Shown: piece after piece, positions 33,238 through 46,002 of the stretch
How positions within the stretch are numbered: the first letter of the stretch is position 1
Layout: each line of letters starts with the position of its first letter
Assembly (NCBI GenBank): GCA_038087875.1
Contig: CM075993.1
Coordinates: 2,110,001-2,174,000 of the forward strand
Reading direction: 5' to 3'
DNA from: Malacoraja senta
Lineage: Eukaryota
Length of the DNA stretch: 64,000 nt
The notes under the pieces: generated by a model
Seen by the model: only the letters and a program-made list of their open reading frames with translations
Database searches by the model: none
Told to the model about the DNA's origin: nothing
Made by a program: the position numbers and the translations under genes

Positions 33238-35394
33238 TATGTGTGTAGGGTAGGGTCAGTGTGCAGGGATCATTGGTCGGCGCGGACCCAGTTGGCCGAA
33301 GGGCCTGTTGAAACTGCAGGAGCTGTAGATGTTGGTTTACACCGAAGACTGACACAAAATGTTGGAGTAGCTATGGGTCTCGACCTGAAACTTCGCCCAT
33401 TCCTTCACTCCGGAGATACTGCCTGTCCCGCTGAACTACTCAATCATTTTGTGTCTATCCTTGTCTGTAGGGAGTGGATGGGATAACATAGCACTAGTGT
33501 GAATGGGTGGCCGATGGTCGGCATGGACTCGGTGGGCCGAAGGGCCTGTGTCCAAGTTGGCATCTACACTAAACTAGACGCAGCCACACACGAACGGCAA
33601 CTTGCAATGATCAATATCTTTGGGGATGGGGAGGAACGAAACTAAAGTACCGGAGGAAACGCACGCAGTCACGGGGAGAACTTGCAAACTCCACACAGAG
33701 AGCACCCGAGGTCAAAATTGAAACCGAGTCACTGACGTTGTGAGGCTGTAGCAAAATTAGCTGTGCCGCTGAGCTGCTAAAGATCGAACTCTTTGCCGAG
33801 ATTCCGTGAGAAAAGCAACATTGCCCAACATGAAGGTCACATCAGGTTGCCGACAAATGGGAGAATAATTTTCATTAAAACGAGAATGTCTGCAGAACAG
33901 GATGAGACACAGACAGGAAGATCGTTCAGCTACCTTGCCCATCATGCAGAGACACAGTCATGAACTACTTGCTAAATCAACTTGCCTGCAGATATATTGC
34001 CTAATATTTCTCTGCAAGAGAAAGGTATTCGTATGGACTGGTGGAATTATACACAAGTGGAATCAGTAAACACAACATCCCATGTGCTAGCCTTTTAAGG
34101 ATAAAGTGAGCTTTTGGCCAAAGTAGAAGCAGATGGAGCATGTATTTTAGTATAACCTGGACAACGAACCCACATGCTTCATCCTGTTCTGAAGATTACT
34201 GTTGATTTATTTCGAGGGCCGTGCGATATTGCTAGATCACACAGCGCACACAGGCTGGGGGGATCAGACGTCTGCGTGCATTCATTCGAATCCAGGTGGA
34301 GTGCGTTACAAAGACAAGGCAGGAATTTGGATAGGGGGGTAGGTCAATGGGTCTGACTAAGGGTCCTGACCCTTCTTCGGATACAAGAATAAGGGGTCGG
34401 CCGTTTAGAACGGAGATGAGGAAAGACCTTTTCACCCAGAGAGTTGTGTGAATCTGTGGAATTCTCTGCCTCAGAAGGCAGTGGAGGCCAATTCTCTGGA
34501 TGCTTTCAAGAGAGAGTTAGATAAAGATAGCAGAGTCAGTGGATATGGGGAGAAGGCAGGAACGGGGTACTGATTGTGGATGATCAGCCATGATCACAGT
34601 GAATGGCGGTGCTGGCTCGAAGGCCGAATGGCCTACTCCTGCACCTAATGTCTATTGTCTATTGACCCGAAACTTCATCTATTCCTTTTCTGTCTGAGAT
34701 GCTGCCTGTCCCGCTGAGTTACTCCAGCTTTTTGCGTCTAACTTCGGTTTAAACCAGCATCTGCAGTTACCTTCCGACACAATGGGTCCCCTTCCATGCC
34801 AGGGTCCATACCCAGACTCAGACCTTCGAGGTACAGCGCAGATACAGGCCTTTCGGCCCACCGAGTCCGTGCCGACCAGCGATCCTAGTCATAGGAGCAG
34901 AATTAGGCCAATTGGCCCATCCCGTTTACTCTGCCATTCAATCGTGGCTGATCTGTCTCTCCCTCTCAACCCCATTCTCCTGCCTCCTCCCCGTAACCTT
35001 TGACACCACTCCCAATCAAGAGCCTGTCGATCTCTGCTTTAAAAATACCCAGTGACTTGGCCTCCACAGCCGCCCGTGGCAATGAGTATCCATCAAGGTC
35101 ACTTTAGCCGTGAAGCAAAAGCCGCGGAGAGATTGATTGAAGTTTGAAGCAAGAATTTATTTTGTTTGGAAGTCACAATTGACAAATGAACTCGGAGTCA
35201 TATTGATTTACCTCTTGCAGAAGTGGAGACTGCCAGGATTAACCCTAACATCAAATGACAACCTCCTAACTGCCCCGGGCTGCGAGACGGTGGTGAGAGC
35301 GTCCTAAGCCAGTGATCCAGAACAAGCGTGGGAGGAAAAACTAGATCAACGGCACAGATGACAGAGAAAGAGCCAGGCTAACACCTGACAGAGT

Positions 35395-35842
35395 TAACCT
35401 ACGATGAGCGTTTGTCGGCACTGCGCCTGTACTCGCTAGAGTTCAGAAGGATGAGGGGGACCTCATTGAATCTTCACCAAACACTGAAAGACTTGGATAG
35501 AGTGGATGTGGAGAGGATGTTTCCACTAGTGGGAGAGTCTAGGACTAGAGGGCACAGCTGCAGAATTAAAGGACGTTCCTTTAGGAAGGAGATGAGGAGG
35601 AATATCTTTAGTCAGAGGGTGGTGAATCTGTGGAATTCATTGCCACAGACGGCTGTGGAGGCCAAGTCAGTGGATATTTTTAAGGCAGAAATAGATAGAT
35701 TCTTGATTAGTACCGGTGTCCAGAGGTTATGGGGAGAAGGCAGGAGAATGGGGTTAGGAGGGAGAGATAGATCAGCCATGTTTGAATGGCGGAGTAGACT
35801 TGATGGGCCGAAGGGCCAAATTCTGCTCCTGTCACTTATGAC
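35395..35842 (+). mobile_element. CR1-clade LINE 3' fragment
   Basis: ORF 35412..35873 LYSLEFRRMRG...RTRGH...[10 protein letters not shown]. Confidence 0.9.
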
Positions 35843-36298
35843 CTTAAACATAGAAGATACGATACAACTTTAGTGATCGCCGGAGGGATGTTGGTCGGCC
35901 GACAGCCACAACACACAGCAAGGTACACAAAAATTAAAAGTGCAAGCAAGAAGATAAAGACAAGCGACTGTGGGCTGGCTGCCGTGTGTACGACACCTTC
36001 ACCTAGAGAGTGTAACACAGGAACGGGCCCTTCGGCCCACGACGTTTGTGCAGAACACGAGGCCAAGTTGAACGATCCCATCTGCCTGTACAAGATCCAC
36101 ATCCCTCTATTCCCCGCGCTTCCATCTGCCTGTTTTTTTACCTGAGTTACTCTAAGGCTTAAGAAGGAACTGCAGATGCTGGAAAATCGAAGGTAGACAA
36201 AAGTGCTGGAGAAACTCAGCGGGTGCGGCAGCATCTATGGAGCGAAGGAAATAGGCAACGTTTCGGGACGAAACGTTGCCTATTTCCTTCGCTCCATA

Positions 36299-36956
36299 GA
36301 AGAAGGGTTTCGTCCTGAAACGTTGCCCATTTCCTTCGCTCCATAGAAGAAGGGTTTCGTCCCGAAACGTTGCCTATTTCCTTCGCTCCATAGAAGAAGG
36401 GTTTCGGCCCGAAACGTTGCCTATTTCCTTCGCTCCATAGAAGAAGGGTTTCGTCCCGAAACGTTGCCTATTTCCTTCGCTCCATAGAAGAAGGGTTTCG
36501 GCCCGAAACGTTGCCTATTTCCTTCGCTCCATAGAAGAAGGGTTTCGTCCTGAAACGTTGCCCATTTCCTTCGCTCCATAGAAGGAGGGTTTCGGCCCGA
36601 AACGTTGCCTATTTCCTTCGCTCCATAATAGAAGGGTTTCGTCCCGCAACGTTGCCGATTTCCTTCGCTCCATAGAAGAAGGGTTTCGGCCCGAAACGTT
36701 GCCTATTTCCTTCGCTCCATAATAGAAGGGTTTCGTCCCGAAACGTTGCCTATTTCCTTCGCTCCATAGAAGAAGGGTTCCGTCCCGAAACGTTGCCTAT
36801 TTCCTTCGCTCCATAGAAGAAGGGTTTCGGCCCAAAACGTTGCCTATTTCCTTCGCTCCATAGAAGAAGGGTTTAGGCCCGAAACGTTGCCTATTTCCTT
36901 CGCTCCATAGAAGAAGGGTTTCGGCCCGAAACGTTGCCTATTTCCTTCGCTCCATA
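36299..36956 (+). repeat. 47-bp tandem array (14 units) of hammerhead-derived sequence within a foldback element
   Basis: Unit GAAGAAGGGTTTCGGCCCGAAACGTTGCCTATTTCCTTCGCTCCATA. The whole element is flanked by TTACTCTAAGGCTTAA at 36147-36162 and 37001-37016. Confidence 0.92.
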
Positions 36957-37729
36957 GATGCTGCTGCACCCGCTGAGTTTCTCCAGCATTTTTGTCCACC
37001 TTACTCTAAGGCTTAATGGCCGGTGTGTGAATGATGGCAGAGGAACTGCAGATGCTGGTTACAAAAAGGCCGGAGTAACTCAGCAGGTCAGGCAGCATCT
37101 CTGGGGAACGTGGGCAGGTGATATTTCCGGTCGAGACCCATCTTCAGGTTACAGATCCTTTTTCTCCAGAGAATGCTGCCTGTCCCCGCTGAGTTACTCC
37201 AGCACTTTGCTCCCATCTTGGGTTCAAACCAGCATCTGCGGTCCCTTTCTACTCAAGTCTGGGGTCGGGCAGGATATGTCGGTCAGATTTCCCTCTGCAG
37301 GGGAAGCAGGTGTTTGTTGTGTTTTGAACGAGTCTGATGGTTCCATTTGGCTCCCGATCGTCATAATTAATGGCTTGGATTCCACAGTGGCTGTGGCGGG
37401 ATTTGAACATGCGTCAATGGTTCCTGCTGCTGCATCCACAGGCCAGTGATGCCGTCACTCGGGCCCAACACCTGTAGATGTGCGGTCAACTCTACGGCCA
37501 GGCGAGGAAGCCCTTTGTGGCTCTGTATCGTTCCCAAGTGTCTACAGTGAGACCAGACCTTGACTCTGAGCCCTGCTACTATCTCTGCTCGGTCCACACC
37601 ATGTTTGTGTCTGCTTACCATTCCCTCGGGTGCTCCGGCCTCCTCCCACATCCCAAAGGCGTGCGGGTTGGTAACTTAACTGACCACTGTAACATTTGTT
37701 GGGGGGGGGGCTTAATCTGGCGGGGGCAA

Positions 37730-37950
37730 GGGGCAGAGAGAGAGAGAGTCTGTAAGTGAATGGGGGAGTGGGGGAGAGGGAGAGAACAAGAGGGGGAGAG
37801 AGAGAGAGTCTGTAAGTGAATGGGGGAGTGGGGGAGAGAGGGAGGGAGAGAGAAAGAGAGGGGCAGAGAGAGAGAGCATCTGTAAGTGAATGGGGGAAGT
37901 GGGGGAGAGAGGGAGGGAGAGAGAACAAGAGGGGGAGAGATGGAGAGAGA
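37730..37950. repeat. GA-rich low-complexity tract with three copies of TCTGTAAGTGAATGGGGG
   Basis: Directly visible. Confidence 0.9.
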
Positions 37951-39992
37951 CATGTAGCTGGGACATGTTGGCTGGTCTGGGCAAGTTGGGCCGAAGGGCC
38001 TGTTTCCACACTGTATCACTCTATGACTCTCTGATGAGAAAAGTCATGGTATGAGATTATTTTCTGATTTCTTTGATGAGAACATATCTAATATTTCAAG
38101 GTTAGAACGAGATCTAAAACTGCATTTGCATCATAGAGGCGTAGAATTGTGTTCTACAGCTAGGAAACAGGCTCTTCGGCCCATCTTACCCATGTTGGCA
38201 TATAGGTCCTAGTCCCATTTGCCTGCATTTCGCCCATAGCCCTGTAGGCTGTTCCTATCCATATATCTACCCAAATCTTTTTTAAAGTCATAATTGTATC
38301 CACTTCTAGATCTTCGTCTGGCAGCCCGTTCCAGATAAGGAATAAGGAATGTTGGTCGGCCGACAGCCACAACACACAGCAAGGTACACAAAAATTAAAT
38401 GGCAGCCCGTTCCAGATAAGGAATGCATACTTGTGTAGGAAGGAACTGCAGATGCTGGTTTACACCGAAGATAAACACAAAATGCTGGAGTAACTCAGCG
38501 GGACGGGCAGCGTCTCTGGAGAGAAGGAGTGGGTGACGTTTCGGGTCGAGACCCTTCTTCAGACTGTTCAGGTCAGACCCTTCGTCGGTACCCGGATGGG
38601 ACAGGTTTGGAGGGATGTGGGTCAAGGGCGGGCAGGTGGGATTAGTGTAGCTGGGACATGTTGGCCGGTGTGGGCAAGATGGGCTGAAGGGCCTGTTTCC
38701 ACACTGTATATAACTATGACTCTGAGGGTCTCGAGCCGAAACGTCACCCATTCCTTCTCTCCAGAGGTGCTGCCTGTCCCGCTGAGTTACTCCAGCACTT
38801 TGTGTCTATCTTCAAAGTTTACCTGTACAGTTTAGGAATAATACCTTTAGTATATCTGCTTGGATTGTACATAGTTCAAGAAGGAACTGCAGATGCTGGA
38901 AAATCGAAGGTAGACAAAAGTGCTGGAGAAACCCAGCGGGTGCAGCAGCATCTATGGAGCGAAGGAAATAGGCGACGTTTCGGCCCGAAACCCTTCCGGG
39001 TTTCGGCCCGAAACGTTGCCTATTTCCTTCAGGGTTTCGTCCCAAAAACGTTGCCTATTTCCTTCGCTCCATAGATGCTGCCGCACCCGCTGAGTTTCTC
39101 CAGCACTTTTGTCCACCTTCGATTGTACACAGCTAGATTTCATGAAACCCACTGTTGCACAAGAAGGTTTTCGACCAGCATTGAACATCTGAAGAGTTAC
39201 TACACAACCGACTTTTTATGTGTATAAAGCTTTCTATTTATCCAATTGAGATCTAATTCAGATCTGCACGTTTTGTTCTACGCCAAAGTTGATCAAAGCC
39301 AGGAAACATCTATGTACAACACCTGGTTCAACGGATTAAAAGATTGGAACTGTACCCTTTGGTATTAGGGAGGAGGGACAGATATTATCTCCGTTGGCAG
39401 ATCTAAATCCAGGTGATGCTTTGGGCACAAGATTATGATTATGCTTGCTCAGACGGAGAAAGTGGGATATCAATCAGAACTCTAGACTGCATGCCATGGA
39501 AGAATTATTGCTGGTACTAAATGGAATTAGATCAGTCTCGACATGTCCCTTACCATTCAAACTTGGACCAGACCAACAGCTACAGCTCACACATGTGTAA
39601 TTGGCAGACAGACGATAGTCATAACGCTGCAGGAGATATATTACTCAACCCTGTATCAAGGCGTGCCTGAAACAAAAAAGAGATTTTCAACATGATTCCA
39701 AGTGTATATGTTGCATGCCGAGGTGAATCTGTGGAACTCTCTGCCACAGAAGGTAGTTGAGGCCAGTTCATTGGCTATATTTAAGAGGGAGTTAGATGTG
39801 GCCCTTGTGGCTAAAGGGATCAGGGGGTATGGAGAGAAGGCAGGTACAGGATACTGAGTTGGATGATCAGCCATGATCATATTGAATGGCGGTGCAGGCT
39901 CGATGGACCGAATGGCCTACTCCTGCACCTATTTTCTATGTTTCTATAAATTGGACTGAGAGCAGATTAACGGACACCAGGTCTTGGAGTTA

Positions 39993-40219
39993 AGCGCCTG
40001 TCCCGCTTTCACGACCTAATTCACGACCTCTGCCGAGTTTGCCCTTGACTCATACTCGCAGCATGGTCGTCACGAGGTCGTAGGAGGTCGTAGGTGGGTT
40101 GTAGCAGGCCGTGATGCTAGTCGTAGGTACTCGTGGCATCAAGTAGGTCGGGCGTTTTTTTCTAGCCTGATGAAAAATGTCCACGAGTAAAAAAAGGTCG
40201 TGGATTAGGTCGTGAAAGT
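39993..40219. mobile_element. Harbinger-type MITE, right TIR tip replaced
   Basis: AGCGCCTGTCCCGCTTTCACGACCTAAT...ATTAGGTCGTGAAAGT; the expected terminal GGGACAGG is missing. Confidence 0.7.
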
Positions 40220-41091
40220 CTCCGTTGGCAGATCTAAATCCAGGTGATGCAGGTGATACTCAGCAGGAGAGGCGGCTTCTCTGGAGAAATTTCACTGCCT
40301 GTCCTGCTGAGTTACTGGGGCGCCCCTGAGATGAACCAAATTAATAGGTGACCCTTAATGAAGTGCCCACGGATTCTCAATTCCTTAACACAGGAGAATC
40401 CATCCCATCAAGACTCTTCAGAACCTTGTTTAAGAAGGAACTGCAGATGCTGGAAAATCGAAGGTAGACAAAAATGCTGGAGAAACTCAGCGGGTGCAGC
40501 AGCATCTATGGAGCGAAGGAAATAGGCAACGTTTCGTCCCGAAACGTTGCCTATTTCCTTCGCTCCATAGATGCTGCTGCACCCATCACAACCTTGTATG
40601 GTTCAAAAATTCATTTCATTCTTTTAAACGCCAGTGAGAATAGACTCAAACCTGCTCAAACGATCCCCCAAATCAACCTCTTCATTGGAGTTGTAGCTAG
40701 ACTTCCAGCTGTTGTGATCCATTCCACCTGCAATAAAGGCCAGCATTCCATGTGCTTTGCCTGCTGTATCTGCATGATAATTCTCTTCATTTAACCAATA
40801 TCAGGCTTCACAGACTTCACCCCAACCTCTTCGGCGCCCCAGTGCTAAATATTTTGCACTTGCTTAACCCAGTTTGATGCCTTTCCGAATTCTTTGATAC
40901 TTTTCTGGATGGAGTCGAGAGAAATGATTGCTGTGCAACTGCCAAACCACGATGACCACACCCAGCCTCTGATGGACTTCAGGAGGTGGGGAACGATGAT
41001 TCCTTGTGGTTAACTTGGGAAACACGTTGATGCTGGAGGAGTCCAATCCCAGTCCACTGGACAATTGATTGGTTGAATGATACAGCGTGGA

Positions 41092-41446
41092 AACACGCAC
41101 ACACACACGCACGCACACATATACACGCTCACACACATATACACGCACACACATATATGCACTCGCACGCGCACATGCACACACGCACACACACATGCGC
41201 ACAGACGCACACACATGCATGCACACATACACGCACGCGCACACACATATACACAAGCACGCACACATATGCACGCGCACATGCGCACACACATGCACAC
41301 ATACACACGCGTGCACACACACACACACATGCACACACGCACACATACACGCACGTACGCACATACACACGCACGTACACACATACGTGCACACACACGC
41401 ACACATGGACACACACCCACAAACACACATAAACACCCACACACAA
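41092..41446. repeat. Compound (CA/CG/TA)n microsatellite
   Basis: Directly visible. Confidence 0.97.
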
Positions 41447-41487
41447 GTAAACAAAAACATTGCCCCCAAGTCTATGTAGTTAGGAGC

Positions 41488-41735
41488 CTATTTGGAGGTT
41501 GTCGTGTTTAATAGCCTAGTGGCTGTAGGGAAGAAGCTGCCCCTGAACCTGGACGTTACAGTTTTCAGGCTCCTGTACCTTCTTCCCGATGGCAGGAGTG
41601 AAATGAGAGCGTGTGGGTCTCTGATGATGCCGGCTGCCTTTTTGAGGCAGCGACTCCTGTAGATCCCTTCGATGGTGGGGAGGTCAGTACCCGTGATGGA
41701 CCGGGCAGGGTCCACCACCTTTGTGCCATCTCCTC
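41488..41735 (-). mobile_element. Rex1/Babar-type LINE 3' fragment
   Basis: ORF 41488..41718 ...KAAGIIRDPH...LLPSGRRYRSLKTVTSRFRGSFFPTATRLLN. Confidence 0.78.
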
Positions 41736-42267
41736 GGTTCCTGGGCTGGATGTCAGACTGGAGGGGCTGAAGGGACTCGGGGAGGTTTACCGTCGACTCT
41801 CGAGCAGAATCTCACACAGGTGTACGAATCAAATAAAACCCCTCTGGCAGTTGTCAATTTACTTTTAATTAGGTGCAGCTGCGGTTAGAATAGACCTGAG
41901 CTCTGGACAGGGAGGGAGTCCATCACAGGCAGCATGGTGTGGGCTAGAGATGACATGTTTCTCTAGACTCCCACAGGCGCTCCAAGCTCACAGATTTATG
42001 TCATCGTTCAACAGCGATAGACAAATCCTGGGGGCACTTCAGCTTATTACATCAGAAATCAGACATAGCTAACAACTCCACTGAGAGTATTCGCCAAGTT
42101 AGGACACGTGACATCCATTTGGGTTTACAAGGGCCTGCTCTGTCTTCCCTCTTGTTTAAGAAGGAACTGCAGATCGGAGGTAGACAAACATGCTGGAGAA
42201 ACTCAGCGGGTGAGGCAGCATCTATGGAGTGAAGGAATAGGTGACGTTTCGGATCGAGACCCTTCCG

Positions 42268-42604
42268 GGTCTCGACCCGAAACGTCACCTATTCCTTCGC
42301 TCCATAGATGGTTCCTGGTCTCGACCTGAAACGTCACCTATTCCTTCGCTCTATAGATGGTTCCTGGTCTCGACCCGAAACGTCACCTATTCCTTCGCTC
42401 CATAGATGGTTCCTGGTCTCGACCCGAAACGTCACCTATTCCTTCGCTCTATAGATGGTTCCTGGTCTCGACCAGAAACGTCACCTATTCCTTCACTCCA
42501 TAGATGCTTCCTGGTCTCGACCCGAAACGTCACCTATTCCTTCACTCCATAGATGCTTCCTGGTCTCGACCCGAAACGTCACCTATTCCTTCGCTCCATA
42601 GATG
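42268..42604 (+). repeat. 49-bp tandem array (7 units) from the Penelope terminal repeat
   Basis: Units start at 42268, 42317, 42366, 42415, 42464, 42513, 42562. Confidence 0.9.
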
Positions 42605-42850
42605 TTGCCTCACCCGCTGAGTTTCTCCAGCATTTTTGTCTACCTGTCTTCTCACTTGACTTCTATCTTTTATTTTTTTTCCAGGTTGTATCACTCTATT
42701 AGTCGTAGAGTGATACAATGTGGAAACAGGCCCGAGTCCTGGCAACATCCTCGGAAACCTCCTCGGCACCTTTTCCGGCATATTTTTACATAACTTGCAA
42801 TCATTTCAGCATCCTCTGTTCCAAGAAAACAAGCCGCTCTTTTCTTAAAC

Positions 42851-43206
42851 GCTAGATGCAGGAAGATTGTTCCCGATGTTGGGGAAGTCCAGGACAAGGG
42901 GTCACAGCTTAAGGATAAGGGGGAAATCCTTTAAGACCGAGATGAGGAGAAACTTTTTCACACAGAGAGTGGTGAATCTCTGGAACTCTCTGCCACAGAA
43001 GGTAGTTGAGGACAGTTCATTGGCTATATTTAAGAGGGAGTTAGATGTGGCCCTTGTGGCTAAAGGGATCAGGGGGTATGGAGAGAAGGCAGGTACGGGA
43101 TACTGAGTTGGATGATCAGCCATGATCATATTGAATGGCGGTGCAGGCTCGAAGGGCCGAATGGCCTACTCCTGGACCTATTTTCTATGTTTCTATGTTT
43201 TCTATG
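42851..43206 (+). mobile_element. CR1-clade LINE 3' fragment
   Basis: ORF 42867..43106; (CTATGTTT)n tail. Confidence 0.9.
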
Positions 43207-43770
43207 ATACGCTACGCTACGATATGATACGACTTTATTTATCCCAGGAGGGAAATTGATCTGCCAACAGTCATAAAAAACACGAAATACATGAAACATG
43301 AAATTAAAAGTGACGAGTGGAAAGGATTGGGGATGCGCAAAGATTGGGGAGGGGAGTCAGTCTCAGTCTACCCCACGACAGAAGGGGGAGGAGTTGTACA
43401 GTTCGATAGCCACAGGGAAGAAGGATCTCCTGTGGCTTTCTGTGCTGCATCTGGGTGGAACCAGTCTGTGGCTGAAGGTGCTCCTCAGGTTGACCAGTGT
43501 GTCATGGAGGGGGTGTGAGCTGTATTGTCCGGGATGCTCCGCAGTTTGAGGAGCATCCTCCTCACCTCAAAGACCAACCTCCCGTGAATCCAACGCCACC
43601 CCCAGCCTTCCAGATGAGTTTGTTGATCCTGTTGGCGTCCGCGGCCTTCACCCTGCTGCCCCGGCACACGGCAGCGAAGAAGATGGCTCTGGCCAACACC
43701 GGTCGGTAAAACAGCTGCAGCATCTCACTGCAGATGTTGAATTAGCGGAGCCTTCTCAAAAAGTACAGGT
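43207..43770 (-). mobile_element. Rex1/Babar-type LINE 3' fragment, degenerate
   Basis: Minus strand reads LYFLRRLR...FNICSEMLQLFYRPVLARAIFFAAVC...INKLIWKAG; ends AATAAA plus (CGTAT)n. Confidence 0.7.
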
Positions 43771-44196
43771 GGTAAATATAACCATGAAGTTAACATCTCC
43801 TGGCAACTTCCCCTGTGGGTTACCTCTGCATATTTATGTTTATGATTCACGATTTATGTTTAGTGCCACAGATGCAAGTCTTTCACATAGAGCAAATGCA
43901 GATCACTTTCAGCTTTATTCTGTGTCTCGAGGGATAGTCCCACTTGCGTCTGCCTTCGTTAAACCTGTTCGCACTCATATCACGAGGAAATGCGGCTTAA
44001 AAGCATCACGCGTTTCCAATTGCCAAGACAGGCCATTGAATTTCTTGGTTTAGGAAGGAACTGCGGATGGTTTAAACCGAAGATGGACACAAAAAGCTGG
44101 AGTAACTCAGCGGGACAGGCAGCGTCTTTGGAGAGAAGGAATGGGTGACGTTTCGGATCAAGACCCTTCTTCAGACTGAGAGATTCTGAGGGGTAA

Positions 44197-44527
44197 TGGC
44201 CCTGTCCCACGGTACGAGTTCATTCCACGAGCTCTCCCGAGTTTGCCCTGATTCGAACTCGGAGATTTATGGTAATGGCCGCTCGTCGGTACTCGGGGCT
44301 CTCGTGGACATTTTTCAACATGTTTGAAAATTTTTCACGAGTCTTCCCGAGCTTACCTGCCGTTAGCGAGTCTTCCCGAGTACCTGCCGTTAGTGTTACG
44401 AGCCGCTACGAGACGTCCCCGAGCTCCGACGTACCCGCTACGTTCATTCTACGTGCTTACCACGAGTTTGATTTTTTTTAAACTCGGGAGAGCTCTTGGA
44501 ATGAACTCGTACAGTGGGACAGGGCCA
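44197..44527. mobile_element. PIF/Harbinger-type MITE inserted in a CR1 fragment
   Basis: TGGCCCTGTCCCAC...GTGGGACAGGGCCA, flanked by TAA and TTA. Confidence 0.82.
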
Positions 44528-45249
44528 TTACTGTTTTCACACAAAGAGTGGTGAGTGTGTGGAATGAGCTGTGAGTGGAGGCTATCGCAACATTTAAGAC
44601 ATAGATAGGTACATGGATAGGGCAGGTTTGGAGGCAAGGTGGGGCTAGTGCAGCTGGGACATGTTGGCCGGTGTGGGCAAGTTGGGCTGAAGGGCCTGTT
44701 TCCACGCTGTATCACTCTAGGACTGTGCAAGAAATGATGTATAAAGAATCAGTGTTGTCCCCTTCAGTTAAATTGGCACGAGTATCACGAGGAAGGTTTT
44801 GGTGGGGTGTAATATAACGAGTTAGTGCTGATCACACAACTGTGAGGTGTTGGGGCAAATAGTCCAGGACACACACAGCTGGTTCAACATGTGTAAGCTG
44901 CTTTATTGATTACTGGTAACCACTGACGTGCAATCTTACCATCAAAGTGCATAAATACGCATGAATGTCAAATTTACATATATACACTAAAGTAAAGCTC
45001 GGATTGGAATTCCACAAGAGGCGATGAGACTTCTCAAGTCATCATGAAACTCAGAGTCTCTGACCGATAATGTATACTCATGTTGAGAGGCAGAAGACTG
45101 AGCATTTGTTTGGCTTTAGGCTTTAGAGATACAGCCCACAAACAGGCCCTCCAGCCCACGCCGACCAGCGATCACCCCGTACACTAGCACTATCCTATAC
45201 ACTAGGGACAATTTACCATTTTACCAAAGCCATTTTACCCGCAAACCTG

Positions 45250-46002
45250 ATAGACACAAAGTGCTGGGGTAACGCAGCGGGACAGGCAGCATCTCTGGAG
45301 AGAAGGCATGGGTGACGTTTCGGGTCGAGACCCTTCGTCTGACTGACGTCAGGGGGGGAGGGAGATACATAGATAAGGAAGCGTCAGGTGTGAAAACAGG
45401 GCAAAGGGAATGGAGATCAAGGAAAATGTAGAGTAGATCAGTATTAGGTGGGAGAAGGTGACAACAAAGAAAACAGAGATAGAATGTAGTCGGAGGCAGT
45501 CAGACTGGTGGGAGAACTGGGAAGGGGGAGTGGGTGGAGAGAGAGACAGGGGAAGTAAGGGTTACTTGAAGTTAGAGAAGTCAATGTTCATACCGCTGAG
45601 GTGTAAGCTGTCCAAACGAAATACGAGGTGCTGTTCCTCCAATTTGTGCTGGGCCTCACTCTGACAATGGGGGGGGAGGCCCAGGACAGAAAGGTCAGTG
45701 TGGGAATGTGGGGGGGGAGAGTTAAAGTGTTCAGCAACCGGAAGATCAGGTAGGTTTAGTCGGCCTGAGCGAAGGTGTTCAGCGAATCGATCGCCGGGCC
45801 TGGGCCTGGTCTTGACCAAGCGCAGGCTCGCCGATCATTTCGCTAAACTCTTGTATATCGACGAGACCAGGTGCAGGCTCGGCGATCGTTTCGCTGAACT
45901 CTTGTATATCGGCGAGACCAGGCGCAGGCTCGGTGATCGTTTCGCCGAACACCTCCGCTCAGTCCGCCTAAAACCTACCTGATCTCCCCGTTGCTAAACA
46001 CT
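45250..46002 (-). mobile_element. Penelope-like element 3' part with foldback junction and triplicated GIY-YIG segment
   Basis: Minus-strand EN coding sequence 45562-45800 plus terminal repeat, then a plus-strand copy from about 45814 with three ~51-bp in-frame repeats. Confidence 0.85.

Noticed and set aside
36299..36956. CRISPR-like regular repeat arrays (also 23384-23962 and 42268-42604)
   Set aside because: Head-to-tail units with no unique spacers, no cas genes and a vertebrate context; the units derive from Penelope terminal repeats.
40864..41511. Long Cys/Val- or His/Thr-rich ORFs (also 48359-49069, 37542-38019, 60380-61045)
   Set aside because: Translations of microsatellite or low-complexity DNA.
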